64,000 bases of DNA, taken from contig NC_058368.1 in assembly GCF_018350175.1 (NCBI RefSeq), positions 224,566,001 to 224,630,000 of the forward strand. The letters run 5' to 3'. The number at the start of each line of letters is the position of its first letter. Positions within the stretch are counted from its first letter, which is position 1. Of the stretch, positions 24,776 to 37,309 are shown in pieces. Position numbers and translations under genes: made by a program. The notes beneath the pieces are model-generated. The model made no database searches and had not been told where the DNA came from. It saw only the letters and a program-made list of their open reading frames with translations. This stretch comes from Felis catus (lineage: Eukaryota).

Positions 24776-25270
24776 AACGCATTCTTTCCCACTACATCGT
24801 GTACTCCTATGCCTTCAAAATTCTAAAAGTAAAATTTCATTTCAAATTTCAGGTCGCTGATTACACTTTCCATGGTGCTTATGTTACTTAATTCAAAAAA
24901 GCAGAAGTATGTTTGTATCTACTTTTCAATTCTGTTGGTGTTGTTGTTAGCTCCTTCAGCCCCAACTCTCTTCAAAGACTATCAGATTCAGAAAATGGAA
25001 TGACATTTGCTTCTGAAGCAAATGGCAGTGAAGGAAGATATCAATGGGAGTAGGGAATCCGCTAGGCAAGTTTAAATAATCTCATGGCATTCATTCTTTT
25101 ATTTAAAAAAATTATATGCCTGTAGCTCTGTGCATTGGTGGGGACTTACAACACACAGAGCAATGCTTCTACGTTCCCTGAAAAGAGATAGATGATGGAG
25201 AAGCTGTCTTGTCTTACAAGGTGATTTATATTGATTTTTATGTATTCACCCTAAATTTAGAATTGAATAC

Positions 25271-25649
25271 TATCATGGGCTGAATCGTGTCCCCCTAAAA
25301 TTCATATCTTGAAATCCCAGCCCTCGGTACCTCAGAATGTTACCATAGTTGGACATAAGGCCTGAAAAGAGGTGAGTAAGTTAAAATGGGCTCTAATCCA
25401 ATATGGCGAGTGTCCTCATAAGAATAGGAAGAGATACCAGGGATGTGCAAACACAGAGAAAAGGCATGTGAGGTCACAGCGAGCAGGCAGCTGTTCAAAA
25501 GCTAAGGAGAGGACTCAGGAGAAGCCAAGTCTGCTGATACCTTGGTCTTGGACTTTCAGCCTCCAGAACTGTAAGAAAATAGATCTTGTCCCCCCCACCC
25601 CCCGCAGTCTGTGATATTTCGTTATATCAACTCTACCAGACTCCTATGA
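25271..25649 (+). mobile_element. ERVL-MaLR solo LTR (MLT1A/B-like)
   Basis: atgggctgaatcgtgtccccctaaaattcat...ttggactttcagcctccagaactgtaag; 5-bp flanking repeat aatac. Confidence 0.88.
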
Positions 25650-25685
25650 ATACCTTAGGGGATAGTCATTTTATAAAATACTTTA

Positions 25686-25901
25686 GGGGCGCCTGGGTGG
25701 CGCAGTCGGTTAAGCGTCCGACTTCAGCCAGGTCACGATCTCGCGGTCCGTGAGTTCGAGCCCCGCGTCAGGCTCTGGGCTGATGGCTCGGAGCCTGGAG
25801 CCTGTTTCCGATGCTGTGTCTCCCTCTCTCTCTGCCCCTCCCCCATTCATGCTCTGTTTCTCTCTGTCCCAAAAATAAATAAAAAAACGTTGAAAAAAAA
25901 T
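25686..25901 (+). mobile_element. Young SINEC_Fc
   Basis: Near-consensus; 12-bp TSD taaaatacttta at 25674-25685 and 25902-25913. Confidence 0.97.
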
Positions 25902-26040
25902 TAAAATACTTTATATACTTTAGGTTATTGCCAACTATTTTAAAAGATGTGGTCTGATTATTCATTTTCTTAATTCTTTACTTGTATCACTTCATATATT
26001 CACTCTCCATCTTCGAATAGAGTTGTAATTCAGCTGCATG

Positions 26041-26056
26041 CACACCAGGGGGCAAA
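26041..26056 (+). promoter_or_regulatory. CTCF-like motif
   Basis: cacaccagggggcaaa contains the CACCAGGGGGCA core. Confidence 0.45.
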
Positions 26057-26931
26057 CATGTTCTGTGTCTCTAGTGCTCATTTGTAACGGATGGACTCTA
26101 AAACCAAATGACCATAATGTGCTTACGTTTGCATATTCTATCAAACAAAAGTAGGCAGAAGCTTAGATTGCTGGGACAATAATCTGGACATGTCCAACAA
26201 GAATGAAATGGTCTCTCAAATGAATCTTCTGATTCCATTCAAAGTCAGACATACCGGCCTCGTTGTTCTCTTTGTTCTTTAAAAGGCCCATTTACTCGAT
26301 ACAATCTTAAGTCAGTCTTTAAAAATGATTTTGCGGCCACAATACCATCCGGTATTCTTGAATCTTGATATTTCAACACTCACCATTGAAAATAATGTGT
26401 TTGTATACATTTAAATAAAAATGTATCATATTCATTAATATAATACTCAGTTAATGTTCCAAGGGTGTGTTTTTGGTGGTCGTCATTAGAGATGGCAGCA
26501 CAACAGCAAAAAACTCCCACTTCGTCTTGCTTTTGACCCATATTCCAGGATATATTTTTAAAAATTCCCAAATTATAACATTCACGCAACCGGCATTATA
26601 AAGGACATGTATTGACTCTTTCTACTCTTCCTTTATCAACAAAATGAAATGTACTGATATCTACAAAATCAGCATGGTTCATTGATCAAGTCTTCAACAG
26701 AAACTGTATCTTTAGGAACAAGTCTGTTGGCCCAGGTTTCAAGATTTTGTGCATGATTTTCCAAGGTACAGATTCTCAGAGATTTATACAAATGAGCACA
26801 AAGCTGTTCTGGATAGTCATCCTGTGGGTGTGGGTGTGGATGTGTGGGTGTGTTTACGTACATATAGGCTTAGGCATGTTGATTGGTGGTTGAGCTATGA
26901 GGTATTTGTGAAAATAATAGAGAATATTAGA

Positions 26932-27159
26932 GGGGCGCCTGTGTGGCTCAGTCGGTGAAGTGTCCGACTCTTGATTTTGGCTCAGGTCAGGACCTCACAG
27001 TTCGTGGCATCCAGTCCCGTGTCAGATTCTGCACTGACAGCACATAGCTTGCTTGGGATTCTCTGTCTCCCTCTCTCTCTGTCCCACCCCTGTCCTCTCT
27101 CTCTCTCTCTCTCTCTCTCAAAATAAATAAATAAATTGTAAAACTTTTTAATAAAAAAG
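26932..27159 (+). mobile_element. Can-SINE
   Basis: ggggcgcctgtgtggctcagtcgg head; TSD aatattaga. Confidence 0.94.
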
Positions 27160-27977
27160 AAAATATTAGAAGATAAAGCTAAACAATATACTAACAACTA
27201 TTAGCCTCTACTGATAAAGAAAGAAAGCATATTAGGGTCATTACAGGAATCCAGAAAGTCCAGCTATAGTTAGAAATTATTAGTTCATTCCTTATTCGCC
27301 TTTAAGACACTAAAGACAACATCCTTAGAAGGGATGGTTTCTTAGGATTTGTTACAGTCACTTACTGAAGGGGGCAGGGTATGTAAGTTTAAGGTGGCCT
27401 TGCTTATGAGTGGATACAAGACTGGAGATCCATTTGCCAAGAGAGAAGATCAGCTCTATTCATGGGCCTAGAGGAGAAATGATCAGACGCTGAGGAAGGT
27501 TGAGAGTTCTTGCCTTCTCTGAGTACTAGCTCCAAGACCACAAATCACCTGTTTATCAGGAGTTACTGAGTCATCCATACCCAGGGAAGGAAGGCTGAGC
27601 ACAGACACACAATGGCGTCAGGAACAGTGGCCCCTCCAGCACCAAAGGCTGGAAGCTGACTCAGGAGGACATTCGTTCTCTGGTTGATTCTTGGACTATT
27701 TCTATAATTCAGATGAGCAATGGCTAATACTCCAGTTAAATAATATATAATGCTTCACAGGAACTCATTATAATTAAGCCTCAGATGTATGTGAATCATT
27801 CTTTTGTAGTGGAACTACATTAAACCGAGAGCTTTGTGTCAATCTTGCTAATCATTTAGACTCAGTAAGAAAAAATGAAAATGGCAACCTCCACTCTTTT
27901 ATTTACCTGATGTCCAGTGAAGATGATTGAGTGCAAAGAACTCAGCTAATATGTTCCCCTTAAATTACTGGGTTTCT

Positions 27978-28045
27978 ACTCTCTCTCTCTCTCTCTCATT
28001 CTCTCTGTCTCTCTGTCTCTCTCTCTCTCTCTTTCTCTCTCTCTC
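27978..28045. repeat. (CT)n microsatellite
   Basis: Direct reading. Confidence 0.93.
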
Positions 28046-28399
28046 ACCTCCCTCCTACTCCCTCTTTTAGTTGTTTACTGGGTTATTTGTTTCTTTAATG
28101 TTTTCTTGTTTTGTTCATTGGAATTGTCATCATGAAGGGAGAAATTACGGATACACTGTAAATGAACTGTTTAGAAGATAAGAGCATACATACTGTATCT
28201 CTTCAGATATCTCCTTCTCTACCTCTGAGGCCAAGAGAATACAATGTCATGTTTGCAATAAGAAAGGCCGCTGACAAACAAAGTGGAAAAAAATCACTAG
28301 CATCCAGAATTGTCCCACACTGGAATGTTTTATTAGACAACAGAACTGAGATTATAATACTAGATAAGAAACTACTTTGATATTCATGGTTCCTTGAGG

Positions 28400-28548
28400 A
28401 TTTTTAGACATTATCAAATCCCTTACCACAGGCTTATGAGGTAGGTATTGTCATTCTTGTTTTATAAATAAGGTGAAAGGCTAAATAAATCCAAGGTTGT
28501 GGGATTAGATAGTTACAGAGCCTGGATTCAATAAACCCATGCTCTTTC
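28400..28548 (-). mobile_element. MIR relic
   Basis: cttatgaggtaggtattgtcattcttgttttataaataagg...agagcctggattc. Confidence 0.6.
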
Positions 28549-30021
28549 TCTGGTTAAACCAAGTGTCTTTTCAAGGCGCTAGACAATGTTTGCAAACCAA
28601 ATGTAGCATTTTGTCCCACAGATTACTGTGTCTAACTACTGTTTCAAATAGTATGCCAGTATCCAGTATTATAAATTTATATTACTGCAACTATAGCAAG
28701 ACTTTAAATTTATAAGAAGATGTGTTATTTACAGCACTGGCTGTCAAACACGATCTCTCTTAAAAATACTGGTGAGAAAGGGGTTAGAATCCCTTATGCT
28801 AAGTGATAACAATTTTTTAATCATAGGATCAAATACTTCCTTTTGAAATTTTAAATATTAATCTGCAGTGCTTCCGGAAGAGTCCAGAAAATTAAAATAG
28901 CTTTATAATTTAATAACAAAGCCATTACAAATAATATACACAAACCATTTTACCAATAAAATAAAATTATCATTTTATTCAAATGGTAATACCACTTGTG
29001 ATTTTCAAATAAAAGTTTCTTAGTGACATTACCATTTGAATCAAGATGTTTATTCAAATAATTCCCTGTTTCACTCCAGGCCCACTTTTTTTTTTTTTTT
29101 TTTTTTTTTGGATTTAAAAATGCTTCTGATTTTTCCTAGGCAGTAGAGATCAGTGTTAATTCAGTTCACCAATACTATTCTTCATTGTGGTAGTTTACCA
29201 TTTTGCCTTGGAATACTTTACTATGTATTTATTATGTATGAATGTTTACTATGAACATAAAGTAGTCTACGCCTCTACACTAAACTTTGTCATATGCTCA
29301 TAAGAAAGCACAAAAAGAAAAACCTTGCCCAAATGTCCAACTTATAAGATATCAGAAAATGAGAGAAAATACGGATAAGTGTAATTCAAAGAGTCGGTAA
29401 AATGTTTCATCTTTACAATTTCCTTTCACTTATTTGGATGTCCACGTTTTAGAAATGTCAACGTGGGGACATGAAGTTGTATTTGTTTCTGTTGTGTCAG
29501 AGTTCTAAAGCTGTGATAAAAAGAAAAATGAACTTTACTATGACCACTGAAAGGAAGAAAGGGTGACATTAAAACATATACTCATTCCAGTGATGTCTAT
29601 CTTAATTGCAACAGAACTTCTTTTAGGAAAAATTTTATTGTATCCTGTAAATTCCCCCTTTGTGAAACCCTAAGTATTTTAAACCATTAAGAAACTGCCC
29701 TCCATTTACATTTTGATAAGAAAACATTGGTTTACCTTCTTTTGGGTCAACCTTCTATGCAATGTGCCGTCCTTGTTGAGAAGTAATATATAGCAATAAC
29801 TTCTAGCTGCAGAGCAGTAATTTAAAATTTGCAGCAGATGGAAAAAAAGGAATTGGTATCTCTGAGTGTCAAGATTAAAGTTCCACCCTAGACAGCACCT
29901 GAGGTTAACAGATCATCTTCCTTTCCTTCCATACAAGCAATAAGAGACTTTTATGAGCTAGAAAAATAAACACACTTTCTAATAAATAAACCAACGAACC
30001 TAATCAAATAAGACCGGATTC

Positions 30022-30246
30022 GGGGCATCTTGGTGGCTGAGTCAGTTAAGCGTTTGACTTAGGCTGGGGTCATGATCTCACAAGGTGAGTGCGAGCCCTG
30101 CATTGGGCTCTGTGCTGATGGCTCAGAGCCTGGAGCCTGCTTCAGATTCTGTGTCCCACTCTCTCTGCCCCTCCGCATCCCATGCTCTGTCTCTGTCTCT
30201 CAAAACTGAATAAACCTTAAAAAATAAAAATTAAAAAATTAAAAAA
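30022..30246 (+). mobile_element. SINEC_Fc-type SINE
   Basis: Typical body; TSD aagac(c/t)ggatt. Confidence 0.95.
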
Positions 30247-30899
30247 AAGACTGGATTTAACCAGTCTATACCAGGGCAGACAGGAGAGTTTGCAGCTGGT
30301 TCTTACAATACAGATTTAGGAATGTATTTTCATGGGGGCACAGGGATTTTTACAAGAGAATCCAGAGTTAAATAATCCACATTAAAATTAGTAAATGGTT
30401 CTCAGATGTAAATTCTTTGAAAGTGAAGCTAAATAAAGAACAAAGACCCAAAAGGCTAGGGTGTTCCTTCATGGAGGTAATGTCAGCTTCTTTGCCAGCC
30501 ACACATAGTCTTAAAAGAGCCCTTCTGAGGCATGGGGGGTGGGGGGGATCATTTAAGAACCCAATGCCACCTACATAGGTGATATTAAGAGATGCAACTG
30601 TTTTATAAGTTGAAGGTAAGGTATGTGAAATGGGGGCTTAAGAATAATATGCCCACACATTCCTTACCCTCAGAGCTGCCTCAAAGAGAATTGGAAACCT
30701 TCAATTTCATCATGCCCTTCTCATCTGCTGGGGATACAGACATGGGTGTGGTGACTGCTAATGGCAATGTGTTTGTCAAGAGGGAGAAAATGATGACGTT
30801 TAACTTGGATATAGAAAGTATGGAGCAGGTATAGGTTATATTCTACAGGGAAAACTATCTTAATTGAATGATGAACTCTGTAATATATCTAATTTCCTG

Positions 30900-30958
30900 A
30901 TTCTCAGTCATGAGTGCACATTAAAATCACCAGGAATGATTTGTTTCATATATATATG

Positions 30959-30991
<33 letters not shown>

Positions 30992-31108
30992 GAGCCCTCA
31001 TGCTGGAAATTCTGATTCATTTGGTCTTGGTGGGCCTGGGATCCAATAGGTAAACTCTCTGAACAGGTGTTTCTAATGTGCTGCCAAAAATGACAATTAT
31101 TGCTCTAT
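30900..31108. mobile_element. hAT-Charlie MER5-type fossil interrupted by (TA)n
   Basis: tgcacattaaaatcacc...aattctgattcatttggtct...aggtgtttctaatgtgctgcc. Confidence 0.65.
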
Positions 31109-31212
31109 CTTCTTGGTAAACTGCTGAAACCGTGATATGACTACAATTTTCAAAGAAAATCTACAAGTGTTTGGTTTTTAATCTCCCTGATTGTTTTAAT
31201 ACATTTCCCCCT

Positions 31213-31335
31213 TTCCTAGATCAAGGATATATCACTTGATATATATATCAAGGATATATATCAAGGATATATCTTCCAAGGATATATCAAGGAAGCAAGT
31301 TCCTAGATCAAGGATATATCAGCCATATATGGCTG
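31213..31335. repeat. Local scrambled repeat of caaggatatat bounded by a 22-bp direct repeat, plus a 16-bp palindrome
   Basis: ttcctagatcaaggatatatca at 31213-31234 and 31300-31321; cagccatatatggctg at 31320-31335. Confidence 0.9.
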
Positions 31336-32122
31336 TTCCTAAACTGTTGAAACTGTTATCAGGCCCAAAAGGAAGGAAGGATTAGGAATGTAAATAATGG
31401 CTTGCAGATGGGGTAGTTACAGGTGATTGTCTCATTTGCTTTTGCACAGTGTTGAGGGGATGGAAACATCATTTCAACTTCATTGAGACACATTGTGCCT
31501 ACTTATGAATTAAGGGTCTTCTGGAGGGAGTCAATGGACTTTTAACTGGAAGGTCAAAGAGTTTTTGCCAACACTGAAACTCAGTTAAAGTGATAACTGT
31601 GAACAAACCGGGCCAAAGAATTCAGGAAAATTGAAAAGTTCTTTGGAAAAACGTCAGATATCCTCAACTCCTATGAACATGTTTTGAAATGATAAGAGAG
31701 TATGCTGATGAACATGAAGTCGTTGTTATGATACTAAGGGTTTGGTGGTAAAAAAAAAAAAAAAAAAAAAAAAAACAGAAAAAACAAACAAACAAAAAAA
31801 ACCAACCTTGACAACATACCCATATTGTTTTGGTGATTATTAAGAGATTACAGGAATCTATACTCCCTAATAGCATGTAACCTTGTCCATATACCTTGTA
31901 TGGGGATAGATAGCATCTTTCATTCTCCAAGAATTCACAGCTACCATTTTTTTGTTCTTTTTTTTGCAATGTTTGAAACACCTGAAGAGGACACATAAAA
32001 GGAATATTGGAAATGTAGAACTTTAATGAAGCTGTCGTGGGTGCAAAGGGAGAATTGTACAAGTAGTTGTAATGTGTGCGGCTTTTTTTTTTAAGAAAAT
32101 AATTCTTTTCACCACTGATGGA

Positions 32123-32133
32123 GGGAATTTCCC
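32123..32133. promoter_or_regulatory. Perfect NF-kB consensus GGGAATTTCCC
   Basis: Exact match to GGGRNWYYCC; function unknown. Confidence 0.35.
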
Positions 32134-32444
32134 AAGGTGCAGTGAATAGGATTTGAATTGACCATCAGATTGCTATTTTCCCTGATGAGAATCTAGATCT
32201 AGATCTAGTCAACCTAAATCTCAGAAATAAGAGTTTTTGGTATGTGTTTATCAGGCGCTTAGCAAACAATTTTTACACCAACCTTTTAGTTTGAAGTTGT
32301 TCTATTTGTGAAGTGCACACAGGATGAGAATAATTGCTCTAATTTATTGACAAACTATTGAGGTAACACCTTTGCTCCAATAAACTTGAAGTTGGCTTAA
32401 GTATTTTTTGTTATACACAGGACTTAGGTAGTCAAAAATCAAAG

Positions 32445-32446
<2 letters not shown>

Positions 32447-32492
<46 letters not shown>
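32447..32492. repeat. (TG)n microsatellite
   Basis: Direct reading. Confidence 0.97.
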
Positions 32493-32493
<1 letters not shown>

Positions 32494-32577
32494 GTTTCTA
32501 GATTCATGGTTCTGCTAAAGAAGCTCTCCACGCTCCTTGTCATCCCTTTTATTCTCCAACTATCTTTATGCATTCAT

Positions 32578-32796
32578 TTTTTTTTAATTTTTTTAACGTT
32601 TATTTATTTTTGAGACAGAGAGAGACAGAGCATAAACAGGGGAGGGCCAGAGAGAGAAGAAGACACAGAATCTGAAGCAGGCTCCAGGCTCTGAGCTGTC
32701 AGCACAGAGCCCGACGCGGGGCTCGAACCCACAGACCGCGAGATCATGACATGAGCCGAAGTCGGATGCTTAACCGACTGAGCCACCCAGGCACCC
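32578..32796 (-). mobile_element. SINEC_Fc-type SINE
   Basis: Typical body; TSD tatgc(a/g)ttcattttt. Confidence 0.96.
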
Positions 32797-33149
32797 TATG
32801 CGTTCATTTTTAAATACTTATTTTGTATTAAGAAGCAAGTAAAAATGTAACCCATACTTTCCCACTGATGCGAGATGACAATATTTCACAGAATAAATCT
32901 GTCAATTTATTGCTAGCTTCCGTGTAACCTATTGAGATAAGGCTGATTTCTTGTTCGGTAGCAAAGAGTTTTAATCATGAGGATTTTACATTTAATATTT
33001 TCCATGAATCTCACATTTTACAACTCTTTTTCATGATTGTGTGATTATTTCGGTCCTCAAATTTTAGAACTAAATTTAGATTCACGTGAAAGAATGATTT
33101 GTTGAGGAAAACTGACAACACAATTATTAATTTCCTTATCTAAACACAA

Positions 33150-33597
33150 GCTATTTTGCATTTATTTCCTTAACTATTCAAATGTATATAAGATTTAGTA
33201 TAAGTTTTGCCCATATCTTGTTAGGCTTTTTAATTTGTTATATTTCTGTCCTTATTAGATATAGTAATATTGCCTCCATCATATTTTTTAGTTTGTTATT
33301 TCTAGAAATCGTAGTGAACTTGATATTTATATTGATTTGCATCCATTTAAGTTGTTGGCTTTTCTTCTTGGTTCTAATTATATTTTATTGTTCTGATCGT
33401 TTCCTGTTCCTCTGCAGTGCTGTTTAAGGAGTTTAGAGGTAAACAATAAAATCATATGCAGTCAATAATGTGGCTTTTTTTCTAATATTAACTTCTGATG
33501 TTAATTTTGCCACCTTGCATTGACTTTAATGTCCAGTAAATATTAAATAAGAGTGGTGCTAGTGAACACCTTTTTATTGATCCTGATTTTATATGTA

Positions 33598-33642
<45 letters not shown>

Positions 33643-33800
33643 GAGAGTGGAGAGGGAGAGGGAAAGGTAGAGGGAGAGAAGCAAAAGTGAGAAAGAACAC
33701 CTATGTTGAATGTTATCAAATACAGTTTCTTTTTTCCTTTTCTTTATTGGTCTTTTAACAACATAAGCACATGTTAAGGAAGCACATCTGTATCTTCCTT
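33150..33800 (-). mobile_element. Old L1M ORF2 relic containing (TG)n at 33600-33637
   Basis: attaaataagagtggtgctagtgaacacc...tcctgatttta resembles antisense L1 RT region. Confidence 0.7.
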
Positions 33801-35613
33801 TGTGTCATTATCTTCTTCCATTGGTTAGAACATCCTAGAGATCAAGAATGATAATCTAATTGTCTACAGAACAGAAAAGAGCCTTGAGCAAAATAGATAT
33901 TCATTATTTGAGGGTATTACTTAATTCTTATTATGTCATAGAAAAATACTCCTTTGGAAGTAGCCTTGAATAAGCAGCTTTTGTAAAAAATGAAGATCCT
34001 GTTAGAAGAGATTTGCAGATTCCAGAGGCTTAAGGGATCCGCGGGGATCACTATGCAATCCGGAAGAATAAAACACTATTATAATGCCAGCAAGATCTTA
34101 AGCTTGAGTTTTGAAATTAGATATATATGTTTTTCACATTCTTTTCAAGCATTTCAAGTTGCCACAGGCTATCAAGAATCACCTCACACCAATGCTTCAT
34201 AAACCACAATGCTCTTCAAAAGTTTAGAAAAGGGCACTGAAACTATGCATTGTTAAATTACATCTGTATGATAATTATAATCAGATAGAGTGTAATTACA
34301 CAAGCTGAAAATTGGCCCATAGTTGGAATGATACTGGCCATTAATAATAGCAACATAGTTAGCATTAGAGTGAATATTCTTTGCTTACATTCACAATAAT
34401 AATCACAAATGCCTCACGAGAGAATTAGTTCAAAGAGACAGTGCAATGGTGTTTGTGCATTTTCCCAACTTCTTCAGGTGTTCTCTGAAGCCTCCTGTAA
34501 TCTATTGATGACAGGACCTTAAAGTGGAGTTTTCCAAACCTACCAGAGCTCTAGCCAATAGTAACAAATGCCTGCATACCTTGTTAAGGGCTGCCAGCGT
34601 TAACATAAGAATTCCAGAAAATGAAGAGAGTTGTTTGAAGTGTGTAAATTGCTGCCTACAAAAACAACTCACATTACATTCCCTTTGGCTGAATTTTTAT
34701 AGCCCATGTGATCCACTCTTACTGGAACAGCTCTTTCTAGAGAACGGGGAGGTGCAACAGACAGGAGCGAGAAAACACTAAAGCTTTGCTCTTGCTTTTA
34801 AATCTAGGTAACGCTGCTGTAACTCAAGTGCATCGTCACGAAGGTACCCAGGGAGATACCCCGGGAGCATGTGAAATGTGGAAGGGTATGGTATTTTAGC
34901 CACACTTGACTAAGCCTGTCCTCTTCCTCCGTTTGATTAACCCCCCTTGCTCGCATACGTACCCATTGCCCAGTGCTTTTGGAATGACTGAAAATAGCAC
35001 GACTGAAACCGACAAACAGAGGCTGATGTGAGGTTACCCTGAGCTAGGGTTTAGTGGATTCTCTGTGCATAGTTCATAGTTACTTTCAGCAGACATAATT
35101 TATCGCTTGCCTTCCCAGGGTGTAAGGGCTTCCGTGAACATGTCTAGAGTCCCTGCCAATTCACTTTGCAGGGGGGCAGGCTGGCTCTGGCCCAAAGGAT
35201 GCACCGTGAAACGAACACGCCCTCCAGCCCCTGGCACCAGACGTACGAGGGCGGTGAGGGAGCAACCAGACTTGGAATGGGTGAAGCCGGGAGGCAGCTG
35301 GTAAAAAATCCTCCATCATCAGCAGTGTAAACAGGTCGTGGTGGATTCGGTTTTCAACACCGAGTCAAAATGGAAGTTCTCGCCTCGGAGAAAGGCATCT
35401 TAAAACAAGGTGCCTGCAAGAATGTGCTGGACATCTTAAAAAAAAATCCTTTTGGACGGGAACGTTGCAAAACAGAATTAATTGGAATTCCTGTCAGGAA
35501 TTGCAAAACGTCCAGCACACAAGAAAATCGCTCACAGGTGGAAAAACCCTGACCGAGGCCCCTCTCAAATAGCTATCCTAAAAGTATACACGGCGTTTTC
35601 AAAAAAGCAAAGC

Positions 35614-35645
<32 letters not shown>

Positions 35646-37230
35646 GATACGACTGAAAATTTTCTGAGCTAGCAATAATAAAAATTATATTGTGATCAGG
35701 TATGATAAATACATGAGAATTATCATATGGAACAGTGATGAAAGCATTGAGCCCCAGAATTAGGGGAGAAGAGACTGGAGAGGTCAGGCAGTGAAAAATG
35801 AAAATATTTTTGTGATTTAGTGATGTTTTTAATCTGTCAGCTTTTTAAAAATCGTAATTCTTCTTCCTTTTCGAATTGTAAATGTTCTCCTTTTTAATCT
35901 AACTTCTTGATTGTCCTTTTGCATTATTTTCCTTGAGAAGAATACGTAATATTGTCTATGCTTCCAGCTTCCCCAAACCCTGAATCTACCCGGTTGTATG
36001 AGAAGCAGTAGTATTATTGTCATTTTAGAATCAGAAAATCCACTTTTGACAAGGAGAACTGTAAATGTGGGACTCTGGGCCTTGAGACCATTTTCCACCT
36101 AAACAGTAGGTGAATTTTAGGAGGAAATGAAAAATTCCAAGTGAAAATGCGAAGTGAAATAATTTCTCTGTTTCTGGAATGAGTTCATTTAGATTTCTCG
36201 GCTGGTGCCAACGGAGATAAAAGGGGAAGGTGGCAAAAACCCCAAACAAATGTTACCAGAAATTTGTTTTGCAGGGCTGTAAGTTGTAGAAAGTTCTGTA
36301 ATTCGGTGATTTTCGGTTACTTTCAAGTCTAGTCTTGCAACCAAGACCTCTGCATCCTCTGAGCTGAGGGAGAAATAAGTAGTACTAGGTGTGACCTTTC
36401 CAGCCTCCAGTGTTCTGCATCTGTAGTTAGACCCAGAGAGACTGAAAGACATTATCAGAAAGGAGAAGAGAGTGAGCCGAGCCCCGGTGAAAAATACGTA
36501 CACAGTTGACTTAAGTTCCCCATGTGTGGGAAGGGAGTGTTGGGGGAAACAGGACTTCTCCAGGGTGAAAATGTGCAACATTAGCTGGGAAAATTTCCCC
36601 AAAACTCAGTTCCTCAGATAAGAAGCGAGATGGGCCAGATGGGCTCCAGGCTGTAAGAGAAAGAGACCAAGAGCTTATAAGATCCTTATACACACCATGT
36701 TACAAAACTTGAAGGAAGTAACAGAGGAATTCTCTTTGGCTGGGACACTCTAGAATGTCTGCAGGTTGAGAGAATGGCGACTTTCCTGACTTACTGCATA
36801 ATCAGTGCAGTCATAGAACAGCCCATGAAATATAGGATCCCCAAATATTTATAGCCCTGGGACATTTGGTAAATTGAGGCAGATGCACTGTGGAAGATGG
36901 CATGAGTTGAACCCCATATACCATAGCACAGACTAGCTACCTTGCCCACATTTATTAGGCTTGTGTTCATTTTGGAGACACCATCTCCCAAATGTGGGAA
37001 TCTAACTGGGCCATATCCACACAGATACGTGGAAAAAAATTGGTCTTGTGTTTATTGCTGTGCTTTTTCAAGAACTTGCTCTGCTAAAGAATCAAATAAG
37101 CATTTCGGAAAATAAAACAGTGGCTGGTATATATTGGCAGCATTCATTTTTACTACCTGATAACTGAGTTAGAAATGCAAACCATACAGAAAATTTATGC
37201 TACAAGGAAGGGAACGATTAATAAATTATC

Positions 37231-37309
37231 CCTTAGAACCATATGAAATTACTAATACTCAGTTGCTTTTGAGCCATAAAAAATGGCAATTTCTTATGAG
37301 TCGTCTCTA
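37231..37309. mobile_element. MADE2-type Mariner MITE
   Basis: gaaccatatgaaatt...aaaaatggcaatttcttatgagtc, the roughly 80-bp palindromic MADE2 pattern. Confidence 0.75.

Noticed and set aside
24563..24792. Recurrent ORFs such as MAQSVKRPTSAQV... (also at 32604, 44732, 47597, 52356) and tRNA-like A/B boxes
   Set aside because: Translations of Can-SINEs; the heads are tRNA-derived but are not tRNA genes
30868..30900. Box C (ATGATGA) and box D (CTGA) pair
   Set aside because: Only 33 nt in total, too short for a C/D snoRNA, with no convincing terminal stem
31213..31335. CRISPR-like repeat-spacer appearance
   Set aside because: Repeats are 11 nt, spacing is irregular, there are no unique spacers or cas genes, and the host is a mammal
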